A stretch of DNA of 64,000 bases from Tubiluchus corallicola (lineage: Eukaryota > Animalia > Priapulida): assembly GCA_030141605.1 (NCBI GenBank), contig JAQGDQ010000478.1, positions 1 to 64,000 on the forward strand. The letters run 5' to 3'. Made by a program: the position numbers and the translations under genes. The notes beneath the pieces were generated by a model. That model did no database searches, was not told the origin of the DNA, and saw only the letters and a list, made by a program, of their open reading frames with translations. Every line of letters starts with the position of its first letter. Positions within the stretch are counted from its first letter, which is position 1. This document shows, piece by piece, positions 1-11,919 of the stretch.

Positions 1-265
1 AGACGACGCTACAGGCTTACGTGTACTCAGTGGCGTAGCTAATGGGGGGGGGCAAGGGGTTCTCATACAGAAACAAGAGACGACGCTACAGGCTTACGTG
101 TACTCAGTGGCGTAGCTAATAGGGGGGGGGGCAAGGGGTCAGATACAGAAACAAGAGACGACGCTACAGGCTTACGTGTACTCAGTGGCGTAGCTAATAG
201 GGAGGAGCAAGGGGTTCAGATACAGAAACAAGAGACGACGCTACAGGATTACGTGCACTCAATGG
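1..265. repeat. ~77-bp tandem repeat (CAGTGGCGTAGCTAAT...CAGAAACAAGAGACGACGCTACAGG)
   Basis: At least 3 visible units; mirror of the array at 8790-9285. Confidence 0.85.
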
Positions 266-296
266 CATCTAATTATTATAGTATATAGAGCCATAG

Positions 297-906
297 TAGT
301 ACAACGTCGAAGCCGATACGGCTAAATCAGTGCGAGTCAGATGTCCATGGTCATCATCATGGAGAAAGAATTAGCACTGAGACGCTTGCGCGCGAGAAGA
401 GATGGCCGCGCAAAGTCCACCTCCACTTGGCAGATAGAGTGTAGATCGGCGGCATGAAGAAACACGACGGCCGCACTCATAATCTGTTGCACCGCAGTGA
501 AGACAACCAGAAAACAGGCCGAATCGGCAAAATGAACTGCTAGCTTCTCGATGAGCCATGCCATGCCAGAAGACGAGTTGCCAGCCTTGCACGCCATGAA
601 CCATCATCCACACAAGCTGCTGCCCTTGTGCTTGGGTGCCTTCATCCGCTTTTACAGCCGTTGGGAATGGAAGATTCCTCATCCGCCTGTCAAAACCGTT
701 GAGGACTTCAGTCGTATCCCTGACCAAGGGAGGCGCGCTATACCCCGCACCACTGGGTCCTTGCCTGAACTTAGTTACTGCTCCCGCAGCATCCACCCCC
801 GCGACTAGGACGCGCCAGACAAGAGTTGCCCAAGTGCATCTAGAGAAGAGGGCTCTAGATACCAGAGGCCGGGTTAACTCCTCTGTGTGAGGCCAGAAGA
901 GAAGGC
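297..906 (-). mobile_element. Non-autonomous non-LTR retroposon (RTE-like), copy 1
   Basis: GC-rich 610-bp island flanked by perfect 13-bp direct repeat TATAGAGCCATAG (284-296, 907-919); short (CTA)n tail at its 3' end; HDV-like fold at its 5' end. Confidence 0.8.
760..906 (-). ncRNA. HDV-like self-cleaving ribozyme, copy 1
   Basis: Identical to 8149-8295: P1 GCCUUC/GGGGGU, P2, P3 GCG/CGC, L3 UCCUAGU, P1.1 CC/GG, P4 with GGGA loop, J4/2 ACUAA. Confidence 0.8.
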
Positions 907-1274
907 TATAGAGCCATAGACAAACATGTAATTGCTTTATGTGTCGCTGCGCCCATTTTATGTGCTTGCTCCCCCTCACTTTAGAAGCTGGCTACGCCCA
1001 TGGGTGCACTGCATACGCCCTCTATGCTGAGTAAATAATTTTTCTAAAATTAATCGTGATATGTAGACAAAAATCTGTTTGTTAGCACTTTATACTCTCG
1101 TTGCAAATTAAAAATTCAAGAATGGACATTTTAGTCGTTAAACAGACGCATCGTATCATTGACAGTTGAAAAGTTTATAGTTCATTTAGTGGAAAAATAG
1201 GTGGGTTATGCAGGTAAATTATATTTGGGAAATGGGTGTCAATGTTGGTTCAGTTCTAATATTCTACGTCCAAC

Positions 1275-1435
1275 CTTGATGACATCAGTTCTTCCCCTTT
1301 CAAATCTCTCTCCCTCCTTAGGTAACACCATCTCAGCTGTACTTCCATTCTCACCAAAAACAGTCATTGTGATGACAGAATCCGTTCCTGCATCTTTAAC
1401 ATCACCGGTAAAGATGGTCAGTTAGTACGGAATAA
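1275..1435 (-). pseudogene. Orphan PLAT/LH2-domain exon (LOXHD1-like) with in-frame stop, copy A
   Basis: tttttttacag|...|gtt boundaries; translates IPY*LTIFTGDVKDAGTDSVITMTVFGENGSTAEMVLPKEGERFERGRTDVIK (PLAT motifs TGD..AGTD, G..G.T, FERG..D); TAA at 1422-1424. Confidence 0.7.
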
Positions 1436-1668
1436 CTGTAAAAAAACTTTCTCAAGACGCACTCAATAAAAGTGAAAAGATGGAAAATTACAGCAAAGTA
1501 AACAGTTTGAGGAGAATTTTACATGCATATCTTACATATATGCATTTCCTTTAAATCTAAATTAAATCTTGATTTTATAGTTTAAACAGAACAACTTTAT
1601 TAGAACTTTTAATTTATGTAGTTAAAAAAATCCTGTAGAGCAACAAGAGAAATTGATACAGTAAATTA

Positions 1669-2126
1669 CCGTATTTTCCCGTGTATAAGAGACCCTTGTG
1701 TATAAGAGACCCCTTCAATTTTTAGGCAAAAATTCTGGAAAAAAGTTTTTTCAGACGGACATTTTTAGAGGGTAGAGTACAACTTTTTTCAACTCAGTGC
1801 GGTACTGAAAACAAAATAAAACCAGTTAATAAAACTTTGTAGAAAAAGAGTACTGGTATATATTAAAGTGCGTACCTGCAAACCTGTAACAGGAAAAGAG
1901 AAAACGAGGAGATAATGCCTGTGTCACGATGCTTGTATTGCTTACAACCGCTTCATAGTCGAACGCTACACGCAAAACAGTTGTAGAGCACTTATTTCTT
2001 TAAAATCATTAGTGTCACAATTTATGCATCTTATTGAAAAGACTTACTCCCATGTATAAGAGACCCCCTATTTTTAAAGTGAAAATTCTGAGCAAAAAAG
2101 GGTCTCTTATACACGGGAAAATACGG
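1669..2126. mobile_element. MITE, Tc1/mariner-pogo type
   Basis: TIRs CCGTATTTTCCCGTGTATAAGAGACCC / GGGTCTCTTATACACGGGAAAATACGG; TA duplicated on both sides; empty site with a single TA in the paralog near 4820. Confidence 0.93.
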
Positions 2127-2228
2127 TATGCACTAATTATGTATTGTAAATGTATATTGTAAATACATAATTAGTGCTTAATTTACTGTATCAATTTCTT
2201 TTCTACTTGTCTGGAGTGTTTTAATGCA

Positions 2229-2522
2229 CAACTGTTTGTGGTGTCTTCATAAGAAAAGGTTCAACAGCAATATTGTCATAACTAAGCAACTACGTATGTG
2301 TTAATCAGTTAAATATCATGTCAGTGACATAACTGTTTGTGGTGTCTTCCTAAGAAAAGCCCCAACAGTAATATTGTCATCATTAAACAACTACATATGT
2401 TACCCAATTAAATCAGATGTTAATGGCATAACTGTTTGTGGTGTCTTCCCAAGAAAAACGTCAACAGTTCTATTGTCATTACTAAACAACTGCATATGTG
2501 TTACTCAATTAAATATCATATT
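2229..2522. repeat. ~100-bp tandem repeat x3 (AACTGTTTGTGGTGTCTTC...)
   Basis: Three diverged units; also at about 4929-5225. Confidence 0.8.
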
Positions 2523-2952
2523 AAACTAAGAAGCTTTTTAAAAATTAACTGTTAAGGTCAAAGTTTAAAATATTTTCGCTCATTTACATCAATTAAGTCA
2601 CATGAGAATTAATGTATTAAAAGCAAATGTAAATAACCAAATAGATTGATCTGATTTTTGGTCTTGTGCAGCGAATTTGTGCTTCATGAAATCGTGATTC
2701 AATGTGAAATGTAAAAATGCTTTTCACACCTGTAATTAAGCCTGTTTCGAGCAGAAGTTCATTCCTTGTTTATTACAGTATAAAAGTATTGTTCTTTGTT
2801 CTACAACTAAATAAAAAAGTATGTATAAACAAAAACATCCAGTCAGACTTATTAGCAATTTATTTGTACACAAATAACCAAATGCAAAAATATCACTTTT
2901 ACATGGACTTTTACAGTTAAATCATTGTAAATGGATGTACCATGACACATGG

Positions 2953-3214
2953 TTAGTTCATCATCGAGGTTGAACCACTGAACCAGCCGATGTGTCTTAA
3001 CCACGCTTGAGCGTGAATAGGCTTAGCTCCTCCCTCACACAGATAAATAGCCATGGGAACAATGGTAAATAAAACCAGTAGGCTGAGTATTGAACCCACA
3101 GTCACCAATTCGTTCACTGACCAGGGTCGGCATTGTTTAACTTTCGTGACTAAGCGAGTAACGCGACTGTACAATACAGTCAATAATGAACAAGCTGTGT
3201 AGCATCTAGTAAGA
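2953..3214 (-). CDS. Possible terminal exon of an unidentified protein with a C-terminal hydrophobic helix
   Basis: Open frame after a possible ctcag acceptor near 3216: LTRCYTACSLLTVLYSR...VGSILSLLVLFTIVPMAIYL...MMN*; AATAAA downstream; no family recognised. Confidence 0.25.
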
Positions 3215-3284
3215 TCTGAGATTTGAGTTTTAATTTTAAATAATTATTAGTGATTCTTGCACAAAATCTTGCATATTTCCCAAG

Positions 3285-3726
3285 CAGTGGCGTCTTGTAG
3301 CTAAAATTAAACAAAACCTACATAAGTAATTTTAATGTTGTAATTGTAATTTTAGATAAACAAACATATGAAGGTTTATACACAAACTTGAAAAAATTCT
3401 AAACAAAAAATATTTTTGTTCACTAATAGCCTAAATTGTCGCAGTTCAAGCTTGATCCATTCATGGTGTAACCACGTGACAACTGACAACAAACTGTGTG
3501 AGCGACAGTACTTTCTCTACCTGGGCTCAGACATGTGCACAGCCAAACACCGCATTACTGGAGCACACTGTGCTGGACTGTGAAGCAAACAGTACTACCC
3601 TCAAGTGCTCTGATTCCGTACAAGTATAAAAAAAGAACTAAAGAAAAAAGACTTATTATATTGAATAATATCAGTGAAAATAGGGGATGCTGCAGTTCCA
3701 CAGTAGCTGTACATGAGCTGCCACTG
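3285..3726 (+). mobile_element. MITE-like dispersed repeat with CAGTGGC termini
   Basis: Starts CAGTGGCG, ends GCCACTG; homologous copies at 16111-16572 (inverted) and 61470-61770. Confidence 0.7.
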
Positions 3727-4385
3727 TCTAGCCACTTCAACAACTGTCTAACCACTTCAACAACTGTCTAACCACTTCAATAACTGTCTAACCACTTCAA
3801 CAACTGTCTAACCACTTCAATAACTGTCTAACACTTAAACAACTGTCCAATCACTTCAACAACTGTCCAATCACTTCAATAACTGTCTAACCATTTCAAT
3901 AACTGTCCAACCACTTCAACAACTGTCTAACCACTTCAATAACTGTCTAACCGCTTCAACAACTGTCTAACCACTTCAATAACTGTCTAACCGCTTCAAC
4001 AACTGTCTAACCGCTTCAATAACTGTCTAACCACTTCAACAACTGTCTAACCACTTCAATAACTGTCTAACCACTTCAATAACTGTCTAACCACTTCAAT
4101 AACTGTCTAACCACTTCAATAACTGTCTAACCACTTCAACAACTGTCTAGCCACTTCAACAACTGTCTAACCACTTCAATAACTGTCCAATCACTTCAAT
4201 AACTGTCTAACCACTTCAATAACTGTCCAATCACTTCAACAACTGTCTAACCACTTCAACAACTGTCTAACCACTTCAACAACTGTCTAACCACTTCAAT
4301 AACTGTCTAACCACTTCAACAACTGTCCAACCACTTCAACAACTGTCTAACCACTTCAACAACTGTCTAACCACTTCAATAACTA
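3727..4385. repeat. 20-bp minisatellite (CCACTTCAAYAACTGTCTAA)n
   Basis: About 33 clear tandem units. Confidence 0.97.
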
Positions 4386-4427
4386 ACCAAATACCATAAA
4401 GTAAAAAGAGAGAAAAACTGCTCAAAC

Positions 4428-4588
4428 CTTGATGACATCAGTTCTTCCCCTTTCAAATCTCTCTCCCTCCTTAGGTAACACCATCTCAGCTGTACTTCCA
4501 TTCTCACCAAAAACAGTCATTGTGATGACAGAATCCGTTCCTGCATCTTTAACATCACCGGTAAAGATGGTCAGTTAGTACGGAATAA
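4428..4588 (-). pseudogene. Orphan PLAT/LH2-domain exon (LOXHD1-like) with in-frame stop, copy B
   Basis: Same sequence as 1275-1435; donor AAG|gtttga; TAA at 4575-4577. Confidence 0.7.
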
Positions 4589-4800
4589 CTGTAAAAAAAC
4601 TTTCTCAAGACGCACTCAATAAAAGTGAAAAGATGGAAAATTACAGCAAAGTAAACAGTTTGAGGAGAATTTTACATGCATATCTTACATATATGCATTT
4701 CCTTTAAATCTAAATTAAATCTCGATTTTATAGTTTAAACAGAACAACTTTATTAGAACTTTTAATTTATGTAGTTAAAAAAATCCTGTAGAGCAACAAG

Positions 4801-4899
4801 AGAAATTGATACAGTAAATTATGCACTAATTATGTATTGTAAATATGCATTATGTGTTGTAAATACATAATTAGTGCTTAATTTACTGTATCAATTTCT
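4801..4899. repeat. Palindrome from Penelope-family terminal repeat sequence
   Basis: AGAAATTGATACAGTAAATTATGCACTAATTATGTATT ... AATACATAATTAGTGCTTAATTTACTGTATCAATTTCT; same sequence family as 30790-31035 and 34735-34812. Confidence 0.75.
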
Positions 4900-6168
4900 T
4901 TTCTACTTGTCTGGAGTGTTTTAATGCAAAACTGTTTGTGGTGTCTTCGTAAGAAAAGGTTCAACAGCAATATTGTCATAACTAAGCAACTACGTATGTG
5001 TTAATCAGTTAAATATCATGTCAGTGACATAACTGTTTGTGGTGTCTTCCTAAGAAAAGCCCCAACAGTAACATTGTCATCATTAAACAACTACATAGGT
5101 ATGTTACCCGATTAAATAAGATGTCAGTGACATAACTGTTTGTGGTGTCTTCTTAAGAAAAGCGTCAACAGTTTTATTGTCATTACTAAACAACTACGTA
5201 TGTGTTAACCAATTAAATATCATATTAAACTAAGAAGCTTTTTAAAAATTAACTGTTAAGGTCAAAGTTTAAAATATTTTCGCTCATTTACATCAATTAA
5301 GTCACATGAGAATTAATGTATTAAAAGCAAAATAAAAACGTTTGAAACACATTTTTTAAACGATGTAATTTCTAAATCAGATTCTATGTCCCGGTATTTC
5401 TAATGCTCCCAGTGTGCAATATTTTTGCCTTTATTGCATTTTGTGGACCCTTCGGAAATAACTAATAGTTTTGTGACTGTTGCTTAAAGTGTTATCCACG
5501 TCAAATAAAGAATAATAATAATTGGCGATGAATTCATAAATCTGAGCATAAACAATATTGAACAGATGCTGATTTAGCTATAAATTAGTATTTTAGAAAA
5601 GTCGTTTTCAATCTATAGCATCTCTAGTGAGTAAATGTTTGCATCATTTTATCGATAGTGCCGATGTACCTGCACGTGTTAATGACTGCTGCCATTGGCA
5701 GAGTTTTCCTTGGCAAGGAACGAAGAATGCTTGAGACGGCTGTTATTTGAAGAAGGAAAAAATCCTGTAGGCTGCCTATTGAAGGACATCAAAACAAAAT
5801 TTGGGTTTATCAATGTAATACCGCCGTTATGCAGAGTTAAATATGTATTGAAACCAAATTTTGTTTTGCCTTGCTGAAGCACGTGCATACCTTAGCGTTT
5901 TTGAGCAGAAAATTAGCCTAGTACAATATACGTTGCTACTCGTCCTGAACAAAAGGGATTTAGGCACCGGACGGATAGACAATATGTGCCAAGCATGACG
6001 TTCGACAAGACAGTGATTGCAGATACAGTACATGCATCACAAATAACTTGCGAGAACGGAGACTTGTTTTGAAAACTGTCATTGTTGTAGGCGTAATTGT
6101 CTACGTAATAATCACCGTTGTTGCAACGTAAATAGAAAAATGATGCAGTAAGGAAAGGATGATAAATA

Positions 6169-6218
6169 AGCAAAATCAGAATTTTCTTTCGGATCATTTA
6201 GTGGCCCTGAAAAGGGCC
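6169..6218 (-). promoter_or_regulatory. H2A histone 3' stem-loop (6203-6218) and downstream element (6169-6193)
   Basis: GGCCCTTTTCAGGGCC followed by TCCGAAAGAAAATTCTGATTTTGCT. Confidence 0.95.
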
Positions 6219-6253
6219 GGTTGGTTTTATTGGTTTGCAACGAAGATCATCAT

Positions 6254-6673
<420 letters not shown>

Positions 6674-6699
6674 TTAAACGTAGAATGAGACGCAATATA

Positions 6700-6900
6700 C
6701 CAAGTGAAACGAAGCAAGGCTTTTATACCTACCCGTGGATTAACAGGCACACTTTTCTAAACCAATAGCGCAACAGATGTTAGCAAACAGCCAATGGTAG
6801 TCAAGCTGGATGGATGATAAGAATAACGACCGTGTTTGCTGGTGAGGAAAGGTTGCGCAGTCAATCCGATGTTCAATCCGGGTCAGCATATATAAGCAGC
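6700..6900. promoter_or_regulatory. Divergent H2A/H2B promoter
   Basis: TATAAAA on - near 6721-6727, TATATAAG on + near 6889, CCAAT boxes near 6762 and 6791. Confidence 0.75.
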
Positions 6901-6977
6901 GCAGTTGTTACGCCTCACATTCAATCACTGATCTTACTCGAAGTGTTTGTTACCTAGCGTTTATATTCAGAAGAAAG

Positions 6978-7346
6978 ATGCCTCCTAAACCAAGTGGAAA
7001 AGCAGCGAAGAAAGCTGGCAAGGCCCAAAAGAGACCAACTTCTGACAAGAAGAAGAGGCGAAAGAGAAAGGAAAGCTACAGCATTTACATCTACAAGGTG
7101 CTGAAGCAAGTTCACCCAGATACTGGAATCTCTAGCAAAGCTATGAGCATCATGAACAGTTTCGTCAATGATCTGTTCGAGAGAATCTCTGGAGAAGCTT
7201 CCCGTCTTGCTCATTACAACAAACGTTCCACCATCACAAGCAGAGAGATCCAGACTGCTGTCCGTCTTCTCCTTCCAGGAGAGTTGGCTAAGCACGCCGT
7301 GAGTGAAGGAACCAAGGCAGTGACCAAGTACACCAGCTCCAAGTAA
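6978..7346 (+). CDS. H2B: Histone H2B
   Basis: [29 protein letters not shown]...AVTKYTSSK. Confidence 0.99.
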   Translation: MPPKPSGKAAKKAGKAQKRPTSDKKKRRKRKESYSIYIYKVLKQVHPDTGISSKAMSIMNSFVNDLFERISGEASRLAHYNKRSTITSREIQTAVRLLLPGELAKHAVSEGTKAVTKYTSSK

Positions 7347-7379
7347 ACTGCTGAAATGATTCTACCAATAAAACCAACC

Positions 7380-7430
7380 GGCCCTTTTCAGGGCCATCAT
7401 GCCTATCCGAGAGAAAATTCTGATTTTGCT
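7380..7430 (+). promoter_or_regulatory. H2B stem-loop (7380-7395) and downstream element (7406-7430)
   Basis: GGCCCTTTTCAGGGCC then TCCGAGAGAAAATTCTGATTTTGCT. Confidence 0.95.
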
Positions 7431-8148
7431 AAATAAATCACTGACTTTTAGGAATCGCATGTCGCCAAGTACGGTTATATACGTGACAAAAACGATTCCC
7501 GATAAATTATGTTCATTACAAGGTATTCAAGGAACTATTCATTATTAAATGATATACATTGTTGTAATGTTTCATTATGGTATTTTTCTGTTTTTGAGAT
7601 TTATGGACAGACCTCTACGATAATCATCGTGCAAAATCTCAGAAGGAGACACTATCTTATTTTCAAGATATGCATTGAATACACGGACTTACTGAATCCG
7701 ACGTATTTATCGTTTTAGTCGGATTAAATGAAGTTTCCGAGGTCTGAACACGGTTTGTGACATTTTCTCGGGTACCAGACAAGGTGGGACGTAGAATATT
7801 AGCACTGAACCATCATTGTCACCCATTTCCGTAATATAATTTACATGCATAACCCACCTATTTTTCCACTAGATGAACTATAAACTTTTCAACTGTCAAT
7901 GATACGATGCGTCTGTTTTACGACTAAAATGTCCATTCTTGAATTTTTTTATTTTGCAACAAGAGTATAAAGTGAATCAGATTTTTGTCTACATATCACG
8001 ATTAATTTTAGAAAAATTATTTACTCAGCATAGAGGGCGTATGCAGTGCACCCATGGGCGTAGCCAGCTTCTAAAGTGAGGGGGAGCAAGCACATAAAAT
8101 GGGCGCAGCGACACATAAAGCAATTACATGTTTGTCTATGGCTCTATA

Positions 8149-8295
8149 GCCTTCTCTTCTGGCCTCACACAGAGGAGTTAACCCGGCCTCTGGTATCTAG
8201 AGCCCTCTTCTCTAGATGCACTTGGGCAACTCTTGTCTGGCGCGTCCTAGTCGCGGGGGTGGATGCTGCGGGAGCAGTAACTAAGTTCAGGCAAG
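8149..8295 (+). ncRNA. HDV-like self-cleaving ribozyme, copy 2
   Basis: P1 8149-8154/8255-8260; P2 8232-8241/8285-8295; P3 8242-8244/8252-8254; L3 8245-8251; GG 8261-8262; P4 8264-8279; catalytic C equivalent at 8281. Confidence 0.8.
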
Positions 8296-8757
8296 GACTC
8301 AGTGGTGCGGGGTATAGCGCGCCTCCCTTGGTCAGGGATACGACTGAAGTCCTCAACGGTTTGACAGGCGGATGAGGAATCTTCCACTCCCAACGGCTGT
8401 AAAAGCGGATGAAGGCACCCAAGCACAAGGGCAGCAGCTTGTGTGGATGATGGTTCATGGCGTGCAAGGCTGGCAACTCGTCTTCTGGCATGACATGGCT
8501 CATCGAGAAGCTAGCAGTTCATTTTGCCGATTCGGCCTGTTTTCTGGTTGTCTTCACTGCGGTGCAACAGATTATGAGTGCGGCCGTCGTGTTTCTTCAT
8601 GCCGCCGATCTACACTCTATCTGCCAAGTGGAGGTGGACTTTGCGCGGCCATCTCTTCTCGCGCGCAAGCGTCTCAGTGCTAATTCTTTCTGCATGATGA
8701 TGACCATGGACATCTGACTCGCACTGATTTAGCCGTATCGGCTTCGACGTTGTACTA
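8149..8757 (+). mobile_element. Non-autonomous non-LTR retroposon (RTE-like), copy 2
   Basis: TSD CTATGGCTCTATA at 8136-8148 and 8758-8770; ends in AGCCG-TAT-CGGCT hairpin plus TACTA(CTA) tail. Confidence 0.8.
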
Positions 8758-8789
8758 CTATGGCTCTATATACTATAATAATTAGATGC

Positions 8790-9285
8790 CATTGAGTGCA
8801 CGTAATCCTGTAGCGTCGTCTCTTGTTTCTGTATCTGAACCCCTTGCTCCTCCCTATTAGCTACGCCACTGAGTACACGTAAGCCTGTAGCGTCGTCTCT
8901 TGTTTCTGTATCTGACCCCTTGCCCCCCCCCCTATTAGCTACGCCACTGAGTACACGTAAGCCTGTAGCGTCGTCTCTTGTTTCTGTATGAGAACCCCTT
9001 GCCCCCCCCCATTAGCTACGCCACTGAGTACACGTAAGCCTGTAGCGTCGTCTCTTGTTTCTGTATCAGAACCCCTTGCACCCCCCTATTAGCTACGCCA
9101 CTGAGTGCACGTCTCTTGTTTCTATGTCAGAACCCCTTGCTCCCCTATTAGCTACGCCACTGAATGCACGTAAGCCTGTAGCGTCGTCTCTTGTTTCTGT
9201 ATCTGAACCCCTTTCTCCTCCCCCTATTAGCTACGCCACTGAGTGCACGTAAGCCTGTAGCGTCGTCTCTTGTTTCTGTATCAGA
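8790..9285. repeat. ~77-bp tandem repeat containing GCTACGCCACTG
   Basis: About 6-7 units, one internally deleted. Confidence 0.88.
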
Positions 9286-10588
9286 AGAGAGACCCTCAGT
9301 CACAAACCAGTATTTTGGCGGGAGATTTACGTCACCCAGAAAGACCTGCCATCCAGTTTAGTTCCCTATTTTAGGTAAATCAGCAAAAACGTATTACAGT
9401 AGGTAGTCAGCGTAGAATGCGCCGTGTTTTGATGACGAAAATTCCGAATAATAAACAACATATGAAAATTATACTGGGCTACGTATCGAAACGGACATTA
9501 TCAATATTTTTTCGGGCCCGTAAAAGATAAATTACGATATGAACAAGGCGCATAGGACCACCTACACATGCAAATCGTAAATGGAAAATATTGTCTTCGC
9601 AAATTAACAAGAACATGATTGGTAATGGATCGAATACTTTGCTAAGTAATCGAATATTAAACGATTACTTTTGTGTCTATGAATGTTATCATAATTGGAA
9701 ATACAAAAATGTACTCTTTGCGTGCAAGCCGTCACCAATATCCGTGAGTGACCTGACGCCTAACAAACAAACAGTTGCGATGTAGCATAAAGTAATGCTG
9801 CTGGCTGAGTGTACTTTCAACACCACATAAAGTAGTGCTACTTACAGTTTTTAATAAAATCGCATTTTTCTATTCTTTTTAGGTGCAATTAAGTATTTCA
9901 ATGTAAGCAAGTTCAGAATTTTACCAAAACTAAATTTTAGCAAATTTGCAAAAAATGTGACTCCCGAATTCTTTGATTGTAAAGCAACAAGAACTAATAA
10001 TCTTCCCAGATATGACATCAGTTGAAAGTACATGGTGTTCCAAAAACTATATAAAATAATTAATGACACACGTTCTAACCGTACATGATTTTCACGTGTC
10101 CAATTTTATTTTTAAATATTAATTACAACTGCATCGAGCGAAATTATAAAAGGCTTCTAACCGAATTAAAAGGTGGTAACTTTCCATCTAAATATACGAA
10201 ACAATCGAATATAGCAACTGTGAAGCATGAAGGCTTGAAAAGTGGCCCGACTCCAGTATCGTTCTGAGCAATTTCGCTAGAGGCTTATAGAGTTTATTTA
10301 TTGCATTTTTTGGGTGCTGGGAGCACAAATTTGGCACCACCACCCCACCCCCACCCCCCGTATCAGATATGCCGTGAGATCTCTCAGCAATCGATTACTG
10401 ACTCGGTAAAAGCTACGTACTTGAAATTAGCATTATCGTTTGGTTAAAGTCCATTGCTGTCAGTCATTTGCGACGATGAAAATATAACACTAACGTTAAT
10501 GATTAGTAAAATGACGTGTTAATTGCAACTGATTAAGTATAGTTTATTATTATGAGGATATTTATCTGCAGAAATATCTCGTAATAAA

Positions 10589-10639
10589 AGCAAAATCAGA
10601 ATTTTCTCTCGGATAGATATGGTGGCCCTGAAAAGGGCC
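10589..10639 (-). promoter_or_regulatory. H3 stem-loop (10624-10639) and downstream element (10589-10613)
   Basis: Same 16-nt hairpin and 25-nt element as the other histones. Confidence 0.95.
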
Positions 10640-10668
10640 GGTTGGTTTAAAATGTAACAACTGGTCAT

Positions 10669-11088
<420 letters not shown>

Positions 11089-11159
11089 TTAGTTTCCTCA
11101 AAAAATTAACTAGAATAAAAACTAGCAAAATGCTTGATGCCAGGGAATTTTACCGCTGA

Positions 11160-11839
<680 letters not shown>

Positions 11840-11868
11840 GAGCCGTCTTTAAAACTGGAAAACCAACC

Positions 11869-11919
11869 GGCCCTTTTCAGGGCCACCAAATATTTCTGAA
11901 AGGAAATTCTGATTTTGCT
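11869..11919 (+). promoter_or_regulatory. H4 stem-loop (11869-11884) and downstream element (11895-11919)
   Basis: GGCCCTTTTCAGGGCC then TCTGAAAGGAAATTCTGATTTTGCT. Confidence 0.95.

Larger units (their letters stand above)
1..1278. repeat. Left arm of large inverted duplication (partner 7780-9053); runs off window start
   Basis: 1-1278 is the reverse complement of 7780-9053; near-identical over about 1-1075, more diverged over about 1075-1278. Confidence 0.95.
1272..2627. repeat. Direct segmental duplication, copy A (partner 4425-5331)
   Basis: Near-identical to 4425-5331 except for a 458-bp MITE insertion and scattered substitutions. Confidence 0.92.
4425..5331. repeat. Direct segmental duplication, copy B
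   Basis: Matches 1272-2627 without the MITE. Confidence 0.92.
7780..9053. repeat. Right arm of inverted duplication, in the H2B-H3 spacer
   Basis: Reverse complement of 1-1278. Confidence 0.95.

Noticed and set aside
337-979. ORFs of 84-202 aa in the GC-rich island (and 8076-8717)
   Set aside because: No recognisable domain; the longest is frameshifted in the second copy and crosses the TSD; better explained as structured non-coding retroposon sequence
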